In this document: positions 37,451 through 47,621 of the stretch, piece by piece | How positions within the stretch are numbered: the first letter of the stretch is position 1 | How the letters are laid out: each line of letters starts with the position of its first letter | DNA from: Nitrospirota bacterium | GTDB taxonomy: Bacteria; Nitrospirota; UBA9217 | Direction of reading: 5' to 3' | Length of the DNA stretch: 64,000 nucleotides | NCBI GenBank assembly: GCA_963740085.1 | Contig: CAVUCU010000005.1 | Coordinates: 64,001-128,000, forward strand | Translations under genes and position numbers: made by a program | Notes under the pieces: generated by a model | What the model saw: the letters and a program-made list of their open reading frames with translations, nothing else | Database searches by the model: none | What the model was told of the DNA's origin: nothing

Positions 37451-37717
37451 TTATTCGTAATGTGTCCATAATCTCAGGACCTTGACGATCCGTTCTTTTT
37501 TTAGGACTTGGTAGACGATCCGATGCTGGATATTGATTCGGCGGGAGTAAGCACCCGCCAAATCGCCCCCAAGCTTTTCAAATGGCGGAAAAGGCTCAAA
37601 AGGATTTTTTTCAAGAATATCAAGAATGCCCTGCGCCTTCTCTTTGAGACCTGATTGCGCTAATTTCCTGGCGTCCTTCTGTGCCTGTGGCGTGTACACC
37701 AGCTTCCACTTCACCAT
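37451..37717 (-). CDS. yoeB: Txe/YoeB-family type II toxin
   Basis: PPFEKLGGDLAGAYSRRINIQHRIVY...LWTHYE. Confidence 0.92.
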   Translation of the reverse strand: MVKWKLVYTPQAQKDARKLAQSGLKEKAQGILDILEKNPFEPFPPFEKLGGDLAGAYSRRINIQHRIVYQVLKKERIVKVLRLWTHYE

Positions 37718-37953
37718 TTGAGTTTCTCAGCGCACTTGTCCACCGGCGTCTCCATGCCCTTCCGTATGGATTCGCGCATGCCGGGGATCGAGAGCAGGTA
37801 CAGCGTTTCCTCGATGGCGCGCCAGTCCTCTTCACCGACAAGAATGGCATTGTTCCGTTTCCCGGTGATCTTGATCGGAGCGTGCGACTCCGCGGCCTCA
37901 TCCACCAGGGAATACCACGACGCCCGGGCCTTCGTAGCGGCAACTGTCTTCAT
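37711..37953 (-). CDS. yefM: Phd/YefM-family antitoxin
   Basis: ATKARAS...ITGKRNNAILVGEEDWRAIEETLYLLSIPGMRES; AGGAGG RBS. Confidence 0.92.
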   Translation of the reverse strand: MKTVAATKARASWYSLVDEAAESHAPIKITGKRNNAILVGEEDWRAIEETLYLLSIPGMRESIRKGMETPVDKCAEKLKW

Positions 37954-37971
37954 AAGAACCTCCTGACCTCT

Positions 37972-38000
37972 ATAGTACGCAATTGCGTACGTTTTGTCAA
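37972..38000 (-). promoter_or_regulatory. TA operon promoter with an overlapping palindromic operator
   Basis: TTGACA-17-TACTAT; perfect palindrome GTACGCAATTGCGTAC at 37975-37990. Confidence 0.85.
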
Positions 38001-38159
38001 TGCGGAAATCGAAACTAATGTCAATCAAAGAAGAAGGCGGGCCGAAGATGCCGCCACAAGAAAACGACTACAAGAATCCTACGGGCTTCATGCCCGTTCA
38101 GTCGGACCGCAAAACTCAAATCATCAAACCCCAAATGACCCAATAACCAAATCACCAAC

Positions 38160-38632
38160 TCACTGCCCTCAGCGGACACAGCGGACATAGTTCGTGCCCG
38201 TCTTACCGATGCCGCTCACGTCGCCGTCGCCGAAGTTCACGTACCACGCGAGGGTCGTACCGAGCGCGTAAGTAGTGGACGACCAGTAGGAAGATGATAT
38301 TGTGGCCGGGAAGTAGGTGTTATTGATCGCAGGGGTATATGTCCCGTAATGCACGATAGACATCAGCTCGAAGTTTGTGGGCAGGTGCCAGCCGGTCCCG
38401 GCAAGAGAAAGATTTCCGCAGGCAGTGCCTGCATCAGCCCAGGTATTCAACGCCGCTTTGGCCCATGGAGCACTTCTGCCACGTGATCCCTGTGACAGTG
38501 TCGAATCGTGCCGGCCCCGTTGTTTGTATATGACGCTGGGTCGATGGTATAATCGCTGTCTTCCCCGAACGTAGCGGGGTAGTCCCCTGTCTGGCCCGTA
38601 TCGGGGCAAGGATTCCGTGCGGTAATTGTCAC
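38160..38632 (-). pseudogene. DUF1566 (Lcl C-terminal, C-type-lectin-fold) protein remnant with a DGR-like variable region
   Basis: PDTGQT..GEDSDY, WHLPTNFELMSIV, YWSSTT..AWYVNF.DG......K....YVRCVR; frameshifted, no clear 5' end. Confidence 0.8.
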
Positions 38633-38817
38633 GGCATCCGCCGTACTGTCAACCTGGCCATCATCGACAATCAGAAGCAGGTGCTATAATATCCCCCCTA
38701 CCCACAGCGATCAAAACTAAAGGGGTATAGCAAAACCCAACTCCTTTCGTCAACAAAATAAAATGGGGATTTGTTCAGGGTATTCAAAAAAGAAACAGGG
38801 GGATAAGGATGATGGGG

Positions 38818-40035
38818 CTATTTCTTCGGCACCACCTTCACGAACCGCTTCTTCCCCACACGGAGAATGAACGGCGCAGACGACGGGAACTCCGCGTCCA
38901 CGTCTTTCACCGGTTGCTGGTCCACTTCCACTGCGTTCTGTTGGATGAGCCGCCGCGCCTCGGAATTGCTCTTTGCGGCCCCGGCCAGCGCGATAATCTT
39001 CGCAAGCTTCATCCGCTCCCCTTCCCATGCAACCTCGACAGCGGGGATCTCGTCAGGCATGTCTTTCTTGCTGAATACCTTCTCAAACTCTATGCAGGCT
39101 TTTGAGCCCTCTCCTGCACCGCAGAATCGGTCCGCAAGCTCAGCAGCTATCTGCTTCTTTGCCTCCATAGGATGGAGCGCACCGGATTTAATATCACCTT
39201 TTATCTTCGCGAGTTCATCGAGAGACACGGCACTTACCAGCTCATAATACCTGAGCATCAGGTCGTCGCTCGCGGACATCACCTTGCCGAAGATCTCCCG
39301 GGCAGGCTCATTGATGCCGATATAGTTCCCGAGGCTCTTGCTCATTTTATTCACGCCGTCCAGACCCTCGAGCAGCGGCATCATCACAATGCACTGCGGC
39401 TCCTGGCCATACTCCTTCTGGAGTTCGCGACCCACGAGCAGATTGAACTTTTGATCCGTACCGCCCAGTTCTACATCCGCTTTCATCATGACGGAATCGT
39501 ATCCCTGGATAAGCGGATACAGAAATTCGTGGATACTGATGGGCAGCTCGGACTGGTAGCGCTTCTTGAAATCCTCGCGCTCCAGCATCCTGGCGACGGT
39601 ATGTCTTGCCGCAAGCTGGATCATCCCCTCGGCGGTCATTTTCGACATCCACTCGCTATTGAAGGCAATCTTCGTCCGATCCTTATCAAGGACCTTGAAT
39701 ATCTGCTGCTGGTAGGTCTTGGCGTTCTCGGCCACCTCTTCCTTGGTGAGATGCTTCCGCGTTTCAGACTTGCCAGTGGGATCGCCGATCATGCCTGTGA
39801 AGTCGCCGATGAGGAAGGTCACCTCGTGCCCCAATTCCTGGAACTGTCGCATTTTGTTCAGGAGCACGGTATGGCCAATGTGGATATCCGGCGCCGTGGG
39901 ATCAAAACCCGCCTTGACGCGGAGGGGTTTGCCGGTCGAGACCGACCTCTCAAGTTTTTTCAACAGGTCAGCCTCGACAATGACTTCGACAGCACCCCGT
40001 TTTATAATATCAAATTGTTCTTTCGCCGACAGCAT
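38818..40035 (-). CDS. tyrS: Tyrosine--tRNA ligase
   Basis: [19 protein letters not shown]-terminal S4 domain. Confidence 0.97.
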   Translation of the reverse strand: MLSAKEQFDIIKRGAVEVIVEADLLKKLERSVSTGKPLRVKAGFDPTAPDIHIGHTVLLNKMRQFQELGHEVTFLIGDFTGMIGDPTGKSETRKHLTKEEVAENAKTYQQQIFKVLDKDRTKIAFNSEWMSKMTAEGMIQLAARHTVARMLEREDFKKRYQSELPISIHEFLYPLIQGYDSVMMKADVELGGTDQKFNLLVGRELQKEYGQEPQCIVMMPLLEGLDGVNKMSKSLGNYIGINEPAREIFGKVMSASDDLMLRYYELVSAVSLDELAKIKGDIKSGALHPMEAKKQIAAELADRFCGAGEGSKACIEFEKVFSKKDMPDEIPAVEVAWEGERMKLAKIIALAGAAKSNSEARRLIQQNAVEVDQQPVKDVDAEFPSSAPFILRVGKKRFVKVVPKK

Positions 40036-40089
40036 TGACTCTCTCCGTGAGACGATGGACTGCAGGGTTTACGCTTGACCCTGACGACT

Positions 40090-40455
40090 CTATCTCGATT
40101 TTCTGATCAGATCCGCTACGATCTGTTCCATGAGGGAATGAGCGCCGACATAGTCAGTCACCCTGATATCCAACGTTGGATGCTTTTGCTTTGCTTTTTC
40201 AATAAGGGCGGGAATGTCCTTTGTCACATGCACGCCCGCCTGCATGAAGTATGGAACAATCACGATTTTTTTAGCCCCTTGCTGAACACATCGTTCCACC
40301 GCTTCTTCAGGGGTCGGCTGAACATATTGTAAATAAGCGTATTCAACAATATCGCTGCTCGCACTTTCCCTGATAGCCGCGACAATGCGCTTCACTTGCG
40401 CATCGTTCCCATAGCCTCTGCTCCCATGCCCCAGTATGATGACTGCCGTTTTCAT
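40090..40455 (-). CDS. CbiX/SirB N-terminal-domain chelatase-like protein
   Basis: ILGHGSR, VPYFMQAGVHVTKDIP. Confidence 0.88.
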   Translation of the reverse strand: MKTAVIILGHGSRGYGNDAQVKRIVAAIRESASSDIVEYAYLQYVQPTPEEAVERCVQQGAKKIVIVPYFMQAGVHVTKDIPALIEKAKQKHPTLDIRVTDYVGAHSLMEQIVADLIRKSR

Positions 40456-40580
40456 GCTAACTCCTTAGAGCTTCTCAGGAGCACGTTAAATGATACTGAA
40501 ACGCGTTTGAGAACTGGCATAATCGTTCAACCTACAAATATGCGGCGGGTAATTTGTACCCGCCTGACACAGAGCTTGTC

Positions 40581-40646
40581 TTATTTCTTTTTTGTTGCTT
40601 TCTTTTTGACTGCCTTCTTTGTCCCGCATTTCTTGCCACAAGCCAT
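40581..40646 (-). CDS. Putative 21-aa Lys-rich peptide MACGKKCGTKKAVKKKATKKK
   Basis: Strong SD AAGGGGGTGA just upstream of the ATG; co-oriented between ribF and the cbiX-like gene. Confidence 0.55.
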   Translation of the reverse strand: MACGKKCGTKKAVKKKATKKK

Positions 40647-40763
40647 GATTTATCACCCCCTTGCGAATATGAATATCGCCAGATTCGATAAGGATCACAT
40701 GCCAATCAAGTCTTTCCCCAAAAGTGACAAAAACAACTCCATGCGACCGTACTATTCGACCCC

Positions 40764-41690
40764 TCAGAGCCGTTCCAAGGCGGTTTGAGCATCCCGCACG
40801 TCCTTTCGGATCTGTTCGACAAGTGCGTCTGCGTTGGGAAACTTTTTTTCTCCCCGCAAACGCTTTACAAAAGAGACCTCAATTTCCTTGCCGTAGAGTC
40901 CCTCATGGAACTCAAAAAGGTATACCTCTATTGAAACGGGTCCCGCATCGAAGGTGGGCCTGATCCCGATTGACGCCACCCCCTTGAAAGTTTTGTTTTC
41001 TACCAAAGCGAGTACGGCGTAAACACCGTAAGCAGGTATCAGCTCATTGACTATTTTAAGGTTAGCGGTGGGAAAACCAAGCGTTTGACCCCGGTGCGAG
41101 CCATGCACCACCTCACCCTCAATGGCATACCTCCTGCCAAGAAGTTCATTGGCCGCTTCCATGTTACCGCTTGAGATGAGGTCGCGGATGACTGAGCTAC
41201 TGACCACGAGATTGTTCACCTGTACGGCGTCAACAACGCCCACTCCAAATCCGAAGGTTCGGCCCATTTCTTTCAAAGATTCAATGCTTCCTTCGCGGCC
41301 CTTGCCGAAGGCATAGTCATAGCCGACGTAAACCTCACTGACGCCGATCTGTGTGTGCAAAACATCGCGGGCGAAATCTTCGGGATGCTGCTCGGCAAAG
41401 GTCCGTGTGAAATTGGCGCAAATCACTATATCGATACCGGCCTCGGCAAAAAGCTTCATCTTGCCATGAAAGGTGTTCAACATCCTTGGCGAGCGCTCCG
41501 GGGCAAGCACTTTAAGCGGATGGGGCTCAAAGGTAAAAACAACGCTTGTCCCCTTGATCTCCCGGGCTCGTTCGATCACCTTCTTGAATATCGCCTGATG
41601 CCCCAGATGCACTCCGTCAAAGTTCCCCAGCGTAAGCACGGGGTTCGGAAGCCGCTCGCTAAAGTTTTTAAGCCCGCGTACAATTCTCAT
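40764..41690 (-). CDS. ribF: Bifunctional riboflavin kinase/FAD synthetase
   Basis: GNFDGVHLGH, TFEPHP, LGFPTAN. Confidence 0.96.
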   Translation of the reverse strand: MRIVRGLKNFSERLPNPVLTLGNFDGVHLGHQAIFKKVIERAREIKGTSVVFTFEPHPLKVLAPERSPRMLNTFHGKMKLFAEAGIDIVICANFTRTFAEQHPEDFARDVLHTQIGVSEVYVGYDYAFGKGREGSIESLKEMGRTFGFGVGVVDAVQVNNLVVSSSVIRDLISSGNMEAANELLGRRYAIEGEVVHGSHRGQTLGFPTANLKIVNELIPAYGVYAVLALVENKTFKGVASIGIRPTFDAGPVSIEVYLFEFHEGLYGKEIEVSFVKRLRGEKKFPNADALVEQIRKDVRDAQTALERL

Positions 41691-41943
41691 AGCGCAAGGA
41701 TAATCGCACAACAGAACAAAATTGTCAATGTCCCGTTGCTCAAACTTCTTACTATACGGATGATACCAGTAAATATGAATCACTTCGCGCATCAACTTCT
41801 GGTTGTATCTAGTTTTTCAGTATGGTATAATAACAATGCTTTTTTTGCTGTTTCGATAAAAAGAGCGGGATAATAAAGGTCATATTCTATTTTTCTGGTC
41901 TGCGTTGTTAACCCGCAGAGGGGGCGAATTGACATCTCATTCA

Positions 41944-43035
41944 ATGCTGAAGCCGCTCATAATCAAGGGCAAAAAAATAAGAGTTCCCATTATTCAGGGC
42001 GGTATGGGCGTCGGGGTATCGCTACATCCGCTTGCGAAGGCAGTCGCTCAGGAAGGTGGCCTCGGCATCGTATCCAGTGCCTGTGTAGACCGGCTTGTCT
42101 CGAAAAGAACCGGTAAAAAAAGGAACATCTATGAAGCAGTGTACGAGGAGATCTCTCTCTCCAAAATCAAAGGTGGATTCACCGGGATTAATATTATGGC
42201 TGCCCTTGGCAGAGATTACAATGCCTCGGTAAAGGGCGCCCTCGATGCCGGCGCCGATGCCATCATCTCGGGCGCCGGCCTGCCTCTCAATCTGCCGGCG
42301 ATCCAAGCACCGAAAGACACGGCCCTGATCCCGATCGTCTCATCCGCGCGTGCGCTTGATATCATCTGTAAAAAATGGGAAAAGCTGGGATATCGACCCG
42401 ATGCCGTAGTACTCGAAGGTCCCCTTGCCGGCGGACATCTTGGATTCCGAATCGATCAGGTGGACCTTGACTGCAACAAACTCGAAAACATGCTGCCGTC
42501 AGTCAAGGACATGGCGAAAAAATTCGGAGATATCCCCGTGATAGTAGCCGGTGGGATCTATACCCATGACGACATCGTGAGATTCATGGACATGGGGGCC
42601 GACGGGGTCCAAATGGGCACCCGTTTTCTTGCCACCAACGAAAGCAGCGCCTCTGACGCTTATAAACAGGCGGTGGTGCGGGCAAAGGAAGAGGATATCA
42701 TTGTTGCGCACCGTCCCGGATCACCGTGCGGATTGCCATTCCGGGTGATCAAACAATCCCCTATGTATGTATCGTCACTTCAGAGGAAGCGGATCCCAAA
42801 GTGTGACAAGGGCTATGTGCTGATGAAAGATGCCGAGGGCCAATATACCGTCTGCCCGGCGAAAGAGGACAACGAGAACTATTTCTGCATCTGTAACGGA
42901 CTGTTGAGTTCGGCCGGATATAATCCGGACAAGGAAGAATCGCTCTATACGGTAGGCACCAATGCTTCAAGGGTTGAGAAAATCGTATCCGTCAAAACGC
43001 TGATGGACGAGTTGACGGGTACGGGAGGGCAATAA
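41944..43035 (+). CDS. Nitronate monooxygenase / FabK-like flavin oxidoreductase
   Basis: PIIQGGMGVG, EGPLAGGHLG, GADGVQMGTRF. Confidence 0.9.
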   Translation: MLKPLIIKGKKIRVPIIQGGMGVGVSLHPLAKAVAQEGGLGIVSSACVDRLVSKRTGKKRNIYEAVYEEISLSKIKGGFTGINIMAALGRDYNASVKGALDAGADAIISGAGLPLNLPAIQAPKDTALIPIVSSARALDIICKKWEKLGYRPDAVVLEGPLAGGHLGFRIDQVDLDCNKLENMLPSVKDMAKKFGDIPVIVAGGIYTHDDIVRFMDMGADGVQMGTRFLATNESSASDAYKQAVVRAKEEDIIVAHRPGSPCGLPFRVIKQSPMYVSSLQRKRIPKCDKGYVLMKDAEGQYTVCPAKEDNENYFCICNGLLSSAGYNPDKEESLYTVGTNASRVEKIVSVKTLMDELTGTGGQ

Positions 43036-43050
43036 GGAACACGATCGAGA

Positions 43051-43536
43051 TCATCCTTCAACAATACCACGTTCTTCCCACATGAACCAGTTCCCGGAAT
43101 CAGAGAGAAATTGGTAGGTATTCGCAAAAATGTCATAGTGCTGTTGTTCTTCCTTAATGAGCAGTTCGAGCAGGGCCCGTTCCTGCTCCTTCTTTGATCC
43201 AGCCAGCGTTTTTTTATAGAATTCCAATCCCTCTTTTTCCATTCTCATGGCGATCTTGAACGCCTCAAGCTCGTCCGACGTCGCCTCGACCTTCATCATC
43301 ATCTCATTTTTCATGGTCTCGAATATCGTTTTCACATTTTTCATCGGGCTCATGTTCTTGTGCGTTAAATTCAACCCTTTGATGAGCTGTGACACCATTT
43401 CCAAGTGACGCTTTTCGTCCTCGGTTATGGTTTGAAACATTTTTTTCCCGACGGGATATTTTGTCTTCCGTGCCGCCTCGGTGTAAAAAGCTATCGCGTC
43501 CTTCTCCATATTCATTGCCAATTCAAGTGCGTCCAT
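43051..43536 (-). CDS. Rubrerythrin/ferritin-like di-iron protein
   Basis: Repeated E-x6-FY ... ExxH motifs (DEKRH, EEQQH). Confidence 0.88.
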   Translation of the reverse strand: MDALELAMNMEKDAIAFYTEAARKTKYPVGKKMFQTITEDEKRHLEMVSQLIKGLNLTHKNMSPMKNVKTIFETMKNEMMMKVEATSDELEAFKIAMRMEKEGLEFYKKTLAGSKKEQERALLELLIKEEQQHYDIFANTYQFLSDSGNWFMWEERGIVEG

Positions 43537-43777
43537 ATTGCCTCCTCTGTCATTCGGAAGTTTTTTAGATTATCAGGATGATCAGCAACCCATGCGGATT
43601 TTGAAAATCCACTAAAGATCGGCCATGCGGTAATTATAGCATAACTCCTGCGAGATGGAAACATTCCCTCATTTCTCGACATCAGCAACACGGCGCAAAC
43701 GACACCACGTTTCCGGAACAAGCGCAGTGCCGGCCGTCATTGCCGGCGCTGAGAGCGGGATGCGAGTGACCGGCTTG

Positions 43778-44893
43778 TCACTTCTTCGCCTTATCCCCGA
43801 ATACTTCCTTTACCTTGTCAAAAAATCCTTTCGTGATCGGCGTCGCGTTCTCCCCGTTCAGGCGGTCGAACTCCTGGAGCAGTTCTTTCTGCTTTGCCGC
43901 AAGCGTAGTCGGCACCTCGACAATAATCCGGCAAAGCTGGTCGCCGCTTCCGGATCCCCGAAGATGCGGAAATCCCTTGCCGCGCAGTCTAAATACGTGG
44001 CCTGGCTGGGTACCGGCGGAAATCTTGAGTTTAGCGCTTCCCGTGAGCGTCGGCACTTCAATCTCCGTTCCGAGCGCCGCCTGGACAATGCTGATTGGCA
44101 CATCGCATATGATGTCCTGGCCTTCGCGCTTGAAAAGCTTATGCTCTTCCACCATAAGATATACGTACAGATCGCCTGGTGGCCCTCCAAAGGAACCGAG
44201 TTCACCTTCACCGGTCAAACGGATGCTGTTGCCTGTCTCCACACCGCCTGGTATTTTGACAGACAATGTACGGTCCCGTTCAACGCGTTTTCTGCCTTTG
44301 CACCCCGGACAGGGATCGGTGATTGTTTTGCCCTCACCTCCGCAACGGGAACAGGTACGACTGACGCTGAAAAACCCCTGCTGCATGCGAATCTGGCCTG
44401 CGCCCCGGCATGCCGTACAGGTCACAATGCCGTCCTTGGATTTCGCGCCGAGTCCATCGCAGTCAGGACAGCGTTCCCAGCGCGGGACGCGGATCTTGGT
44501 CGATGTGCCGAATGCTGCGTCTTCAAAACTTATTTTAAGATTGTAACGAAGGTCATCGCCGGCCGTGGCCCGAGACCTGCCTCGGCCGCCGCCGAAGAAC
44601 TCCTCAAAAATATCTCCGAAAATATCACCCATGCCGGCGCCGGCGCCAAAACCGCCCGGGGCTGATCCCTGTGCTCCCGGTGCTGTGCCGTACTGATCAT
44701 AGTACGCCCGCTTCTGGGCATCTGATAAGACCGAATACGCCTCGCTGATCTCCTTGAACTTTTCTTCAGAGGCCTTGTCCCCGGGGTTTTTGTCTGGGTG
44801 ATGCTCGTGGGCAAGCCTGCGGTAAGCGCGCTTGAGATCGGCCTCTGTCGCGTTCCTGTGGACCCCAAGCAGTTCGTAATAATCCTTGGCCAT
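43778..44893 (-). CDS. dnaJ: Chaperone DnaJ
   Basis: HPD motif, G/F region, four CxxCxGxG-type repeats. Confidence 0.98.
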   Translation of the reverse strand: MAKDYYELLGVHRNATEADLKRAYRRLAHEHHPDKNPGDKASEEKFKEISEAYSVLSDAQKRAYYDQYGTAPGAQGSAPGGFGAGAGMGDIFGDIFEEFFGGGRGRSRATAGDDLRYNLKISFEDAAFGTSTKIRVPRWERCPDCDGLGAKSKDGIVTCTACRGAGQIRMQQGFFSVSRTCSRCGGEGKTITDPCPGCKGRKRVERDRTLSVKIPGGVETGNSIRLTGEGELGSFGGPPGDLYVYLMVEEHKLFKREGQDIICDVPISIVQAALGTEIEVPTLTGSAKLKISAGTQPGHVFRLRGKGFPHLRGSGSGDQLCRIIVEVPTTLAAKQKELLQEFDRLNGENATPITKGFFDKVKEVFGDKAKK

Positions 44894-44945
44894 ATCATCC
44901 TTCGTCTATGAAATAACTAGATGCGGCAAAATAACTTCAGTGCAT

Positions 44946-44991
44946 AAAAAAGAGGATAGCGGAGATTTGTTTCTTCCCCCGCTATCCTCTT
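44946..44991 (-). terminator. Hairpin/terminator between dnaK and dnaJ
   Basis: AAGAGGATAGCGG...CCGCTATCCTCTT with a T-run on the minus strand. Confidence 0.65.
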
Positions 44992-45005
44992 AAGACACCT
45001 ATTTG

Positions 45006-46927
45006 CTATTTTTTGTCCTTGTCGACTTCCTCAAACTCCGCGTCAACGACCTTCTCTTCCGGTTTCTTCCCGTCGCCGCCCGGAGCTCCGGAGGCAGCGT
45101 CCGCGCCCGCCTGTTCCTTGCCCATCTTGGAGTAGACCTCCTCGGCAAGCTTGTGCGATGCCTTGGCGAGCTCCGCCACGGCCTTCTTGATCGCCTCGAC
45201 ATCGGCGCCGTCCTTCACGCTCTTGGCCTGCTCAAGCGCCTTCTGGATGTCCGCGCGTTCCGCATCGGATGAGCTTTGAGCCATAGTCGGCCACGGATTT
45301 TTCAACAGAATAAATGAGCGTATCCGCCTCGTTTTTTGCCTCGGCTACTTCCTTCTTTTTCTTATCCTCAGCAGCGTGAGACTCCGCCTCCTTCACCGCC
45401 TTCTCAATTTCGTCCTTGCTCAGGCCGCTCGTTGCCGTGATCTTGATCGACTGCTCCCTGCCCGTACCGAGGTCCTTGGCCATGACGTGTACAATGCCAT
45501 TTGCGTCGATATCGAAGGAAACCTCGATCTGCGGGATACCGCGCGGCGCAGGCGGGATCCCGACGAGTTCGAAGCGGCCCATGGTCTTGTTGTCCGCCGC
45601 CATTTCGCGTTCACCCTGGACCACGTGGATGGATACCGCGGTCTGGTTGTCCGATGCGGTGGAAAATATCTGGCTCTTCTTGGTCGGGATCGTAGTGTTC
45701 CGTTCGATAAGCTTGGTCGTTACGTTGCCCAGGGTCTCGATGCCCAGGGACAGCGGCGTCACGTCGAGGAGCAGGACGTCCTTCACCTGACCGGTGAGGA
45801 CCGCTCCCTGGATGGCCGCGCCGATCGCAACCACCTCGTCCGGGTTCACCCCGCGGTGCGGTTCCTTCTTGAAGAACTCCTTTACCGCGGCGATCACCTT
45901 GGGGGTGCGCGTCTGGCCGCCGACCATGACCGCTTCATTGATCTGTTCCACGGTCTTGCCCGCATCGGTTAAGCGCCTTCTTGCACGGTTCAATGCTCCT
46001 CTTGATGAGGTCGTCGACGAGCTGTTCGAATTTTGCTCGTGATAACTTTAAGAGCAGATGCTTGGGTCCGGTCGCGTCCGCTGTGACAAACGGGAGGTTG
46101 ATCTCCGTTTCCATGACCGTGGACAGTTCGCACTTGGCCTTTTCCGCGGCCTCCTTGAGCCGCTGGAGCGCCATCTTGTCCTTGCTGAGATCGATTCCCT
46201 GGTCCTTTTTGAATTCGTCGGCCAGCCACCTGATAATGCGGTCATCGAAGTCGTCTCCGCCCAGGAACGTGTCGCCGTTCGTGGACTTCACCTCGAATAC
46301 TCCCTCGCCGAGCTCGAGGATGGATATATCGAAGGTACCGCCGCCCAGGTCATACACCGCAATGGTCTCGTCCTTCTTCTTATCGAGGCCATAGGCGAGT
46401 GAAGCGGCCGTAGGCTCGTTGATGATCCGGAGCACATTCAGCCCTGCGATCAGTCCCGCATCCTTGGTGGCCTGCCGCTGGCTGTCATTAAAATATGCCG
46501 GTACCGTGATGACCGCATCGGTCACTTTCTCGCCCAGGTAATCTTCGGCGGTCTGCCTCATCTTCTGCAGGATCATGGCTGAAACCTCTGCCGGGCTGTA
46601 GACCTTGCCGCGGATCTCCACATGCGCATCTCCGTTGTCCGCCTTCACGATCTTGTAGGGCAGGTGTTTCTTCGCCTCGCTGACCTCCGTCGTATCGTAT
46701 TTTCTGCCGATAAGACGCTTGATCGAAAATATCGTATTATCGGGATTCGTGATCGATTGCCGTTTTGCGATCTGGCCCACGAGCCGCTCGCCGCTCTCGG
46801 TAATTGCCACGACGGACGGTGTGGTCCGGCTCCCTTCAGAGTTCGGGATCACAACCGGCTCCCCGCCTTCCAAGATCGCAACGCATGAGTTCGTAGTACC
46901 CAGGTCAATTCCTATAACTTTTGCCAT
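45006..46927 (-). CDS. dnaK: Chaperone DnaK (two apparent frameshifts, probably sequencing errors)
   Basis: [31 protein letters not shown] across ORFs 45935..46927, 45232..45993, 45006..45305. Confidence 0.95.
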
Positions 46928-47006
46928 AATAGCCTCCTTGAATTTTCAATTAAAAAAACGCTAAAACGAGACGGTTCCCTTGTTTCTACTGCCCCGATTA
47001 CTGCGG

Positions 47007-47621
47007 TCACTCTTTCATTTCTACCTTTGTATGTTTCTCGCGCTTCTCACCATCAGGTTTCTTCGACACACTCACTTTCGCATGGCGAAGCACTTTCTCG
47101 TGATACAGATATCCGTCCTGCATCACCTGCACTACCGTGTTATCCGGGACGTCGGCAGTGATCACTTGCATCATTGCGTCATGCCGGGCCGGATCAAAAG
47201 GCTCTCCCTCGGCAGCAAACCGTTTGACCCCGAACTTTTCAAGCACATCGCTGAACTGTTTATAAACGATCTCCACGCCCTGCTGCAATCCCTGCACTGT
47301 CTCTCCCGACTCGCCCGCATGCTTAAGCGCCAGCCCCAGATGATCAATGACGGTCAGAAGCTCAAGCGCAAACTGCTCATTGGCATATTTGCGGAAATCG
47401 GCGAGATCCCGTTGCATTCGTTTGCGATAATTTTCAAAATCGGCATAGGTCCGGAGATACTTTTCATTCGCTGCCGCGGCCTCCCTGGTCTTTTGATCAA
47501 GTTCCCGGGTAAGCTCCTCGATCAAAGGTCCGGATGTCTCCTGCTGTTTTGTCCGCTCGTCGGCATCCGGGGGTATCACCTCTAAGTCCTCTTCCCGTAT
47601 ATCATCAAATTCACTCGTCAT
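47007..47621 (-). CDS. grpE: Nucleotide exchange factor GrpE
   Basis: ADFENYRKR, FDPARHDA, GYLYHEKVLRHAKV. Confidence 0.96.
   Translation of the reverse strand: MTSEFDDIREEDLEVIPPDADERTKQQETSGPLIEELTRELDQKTREAAAANEKYLRTYADFENYRKRMQRDLADFRKYANEQFALELLTVIDHLGLALKHAGESGETVQGLQQGVEIVYKQFSDVLEKFGVKRFAAEGEPFDPARHDAMMQVITADVPDNTVVQVMQDGYLYHEKVLRHAKVSVSKKPDGEKREKHTKVEMKE

Noticed and set aside
38169-38171. In-frame TGA as a sign of selenocysteine or an alternative genetic code
   Set aside because: Other genes in the window end normally at TGA; this is a single change in a decayed gene.
45006-46927. Programmed frameshifting or pseudogenisation of dnaK (and of the ABC ATPase, DUF1015, AI-2E and CheB/CheR genes)
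   Set aside because: Frameshifts are scattered through unrelated genes, including a normally conserved chaperone; typical long-read indel errors.
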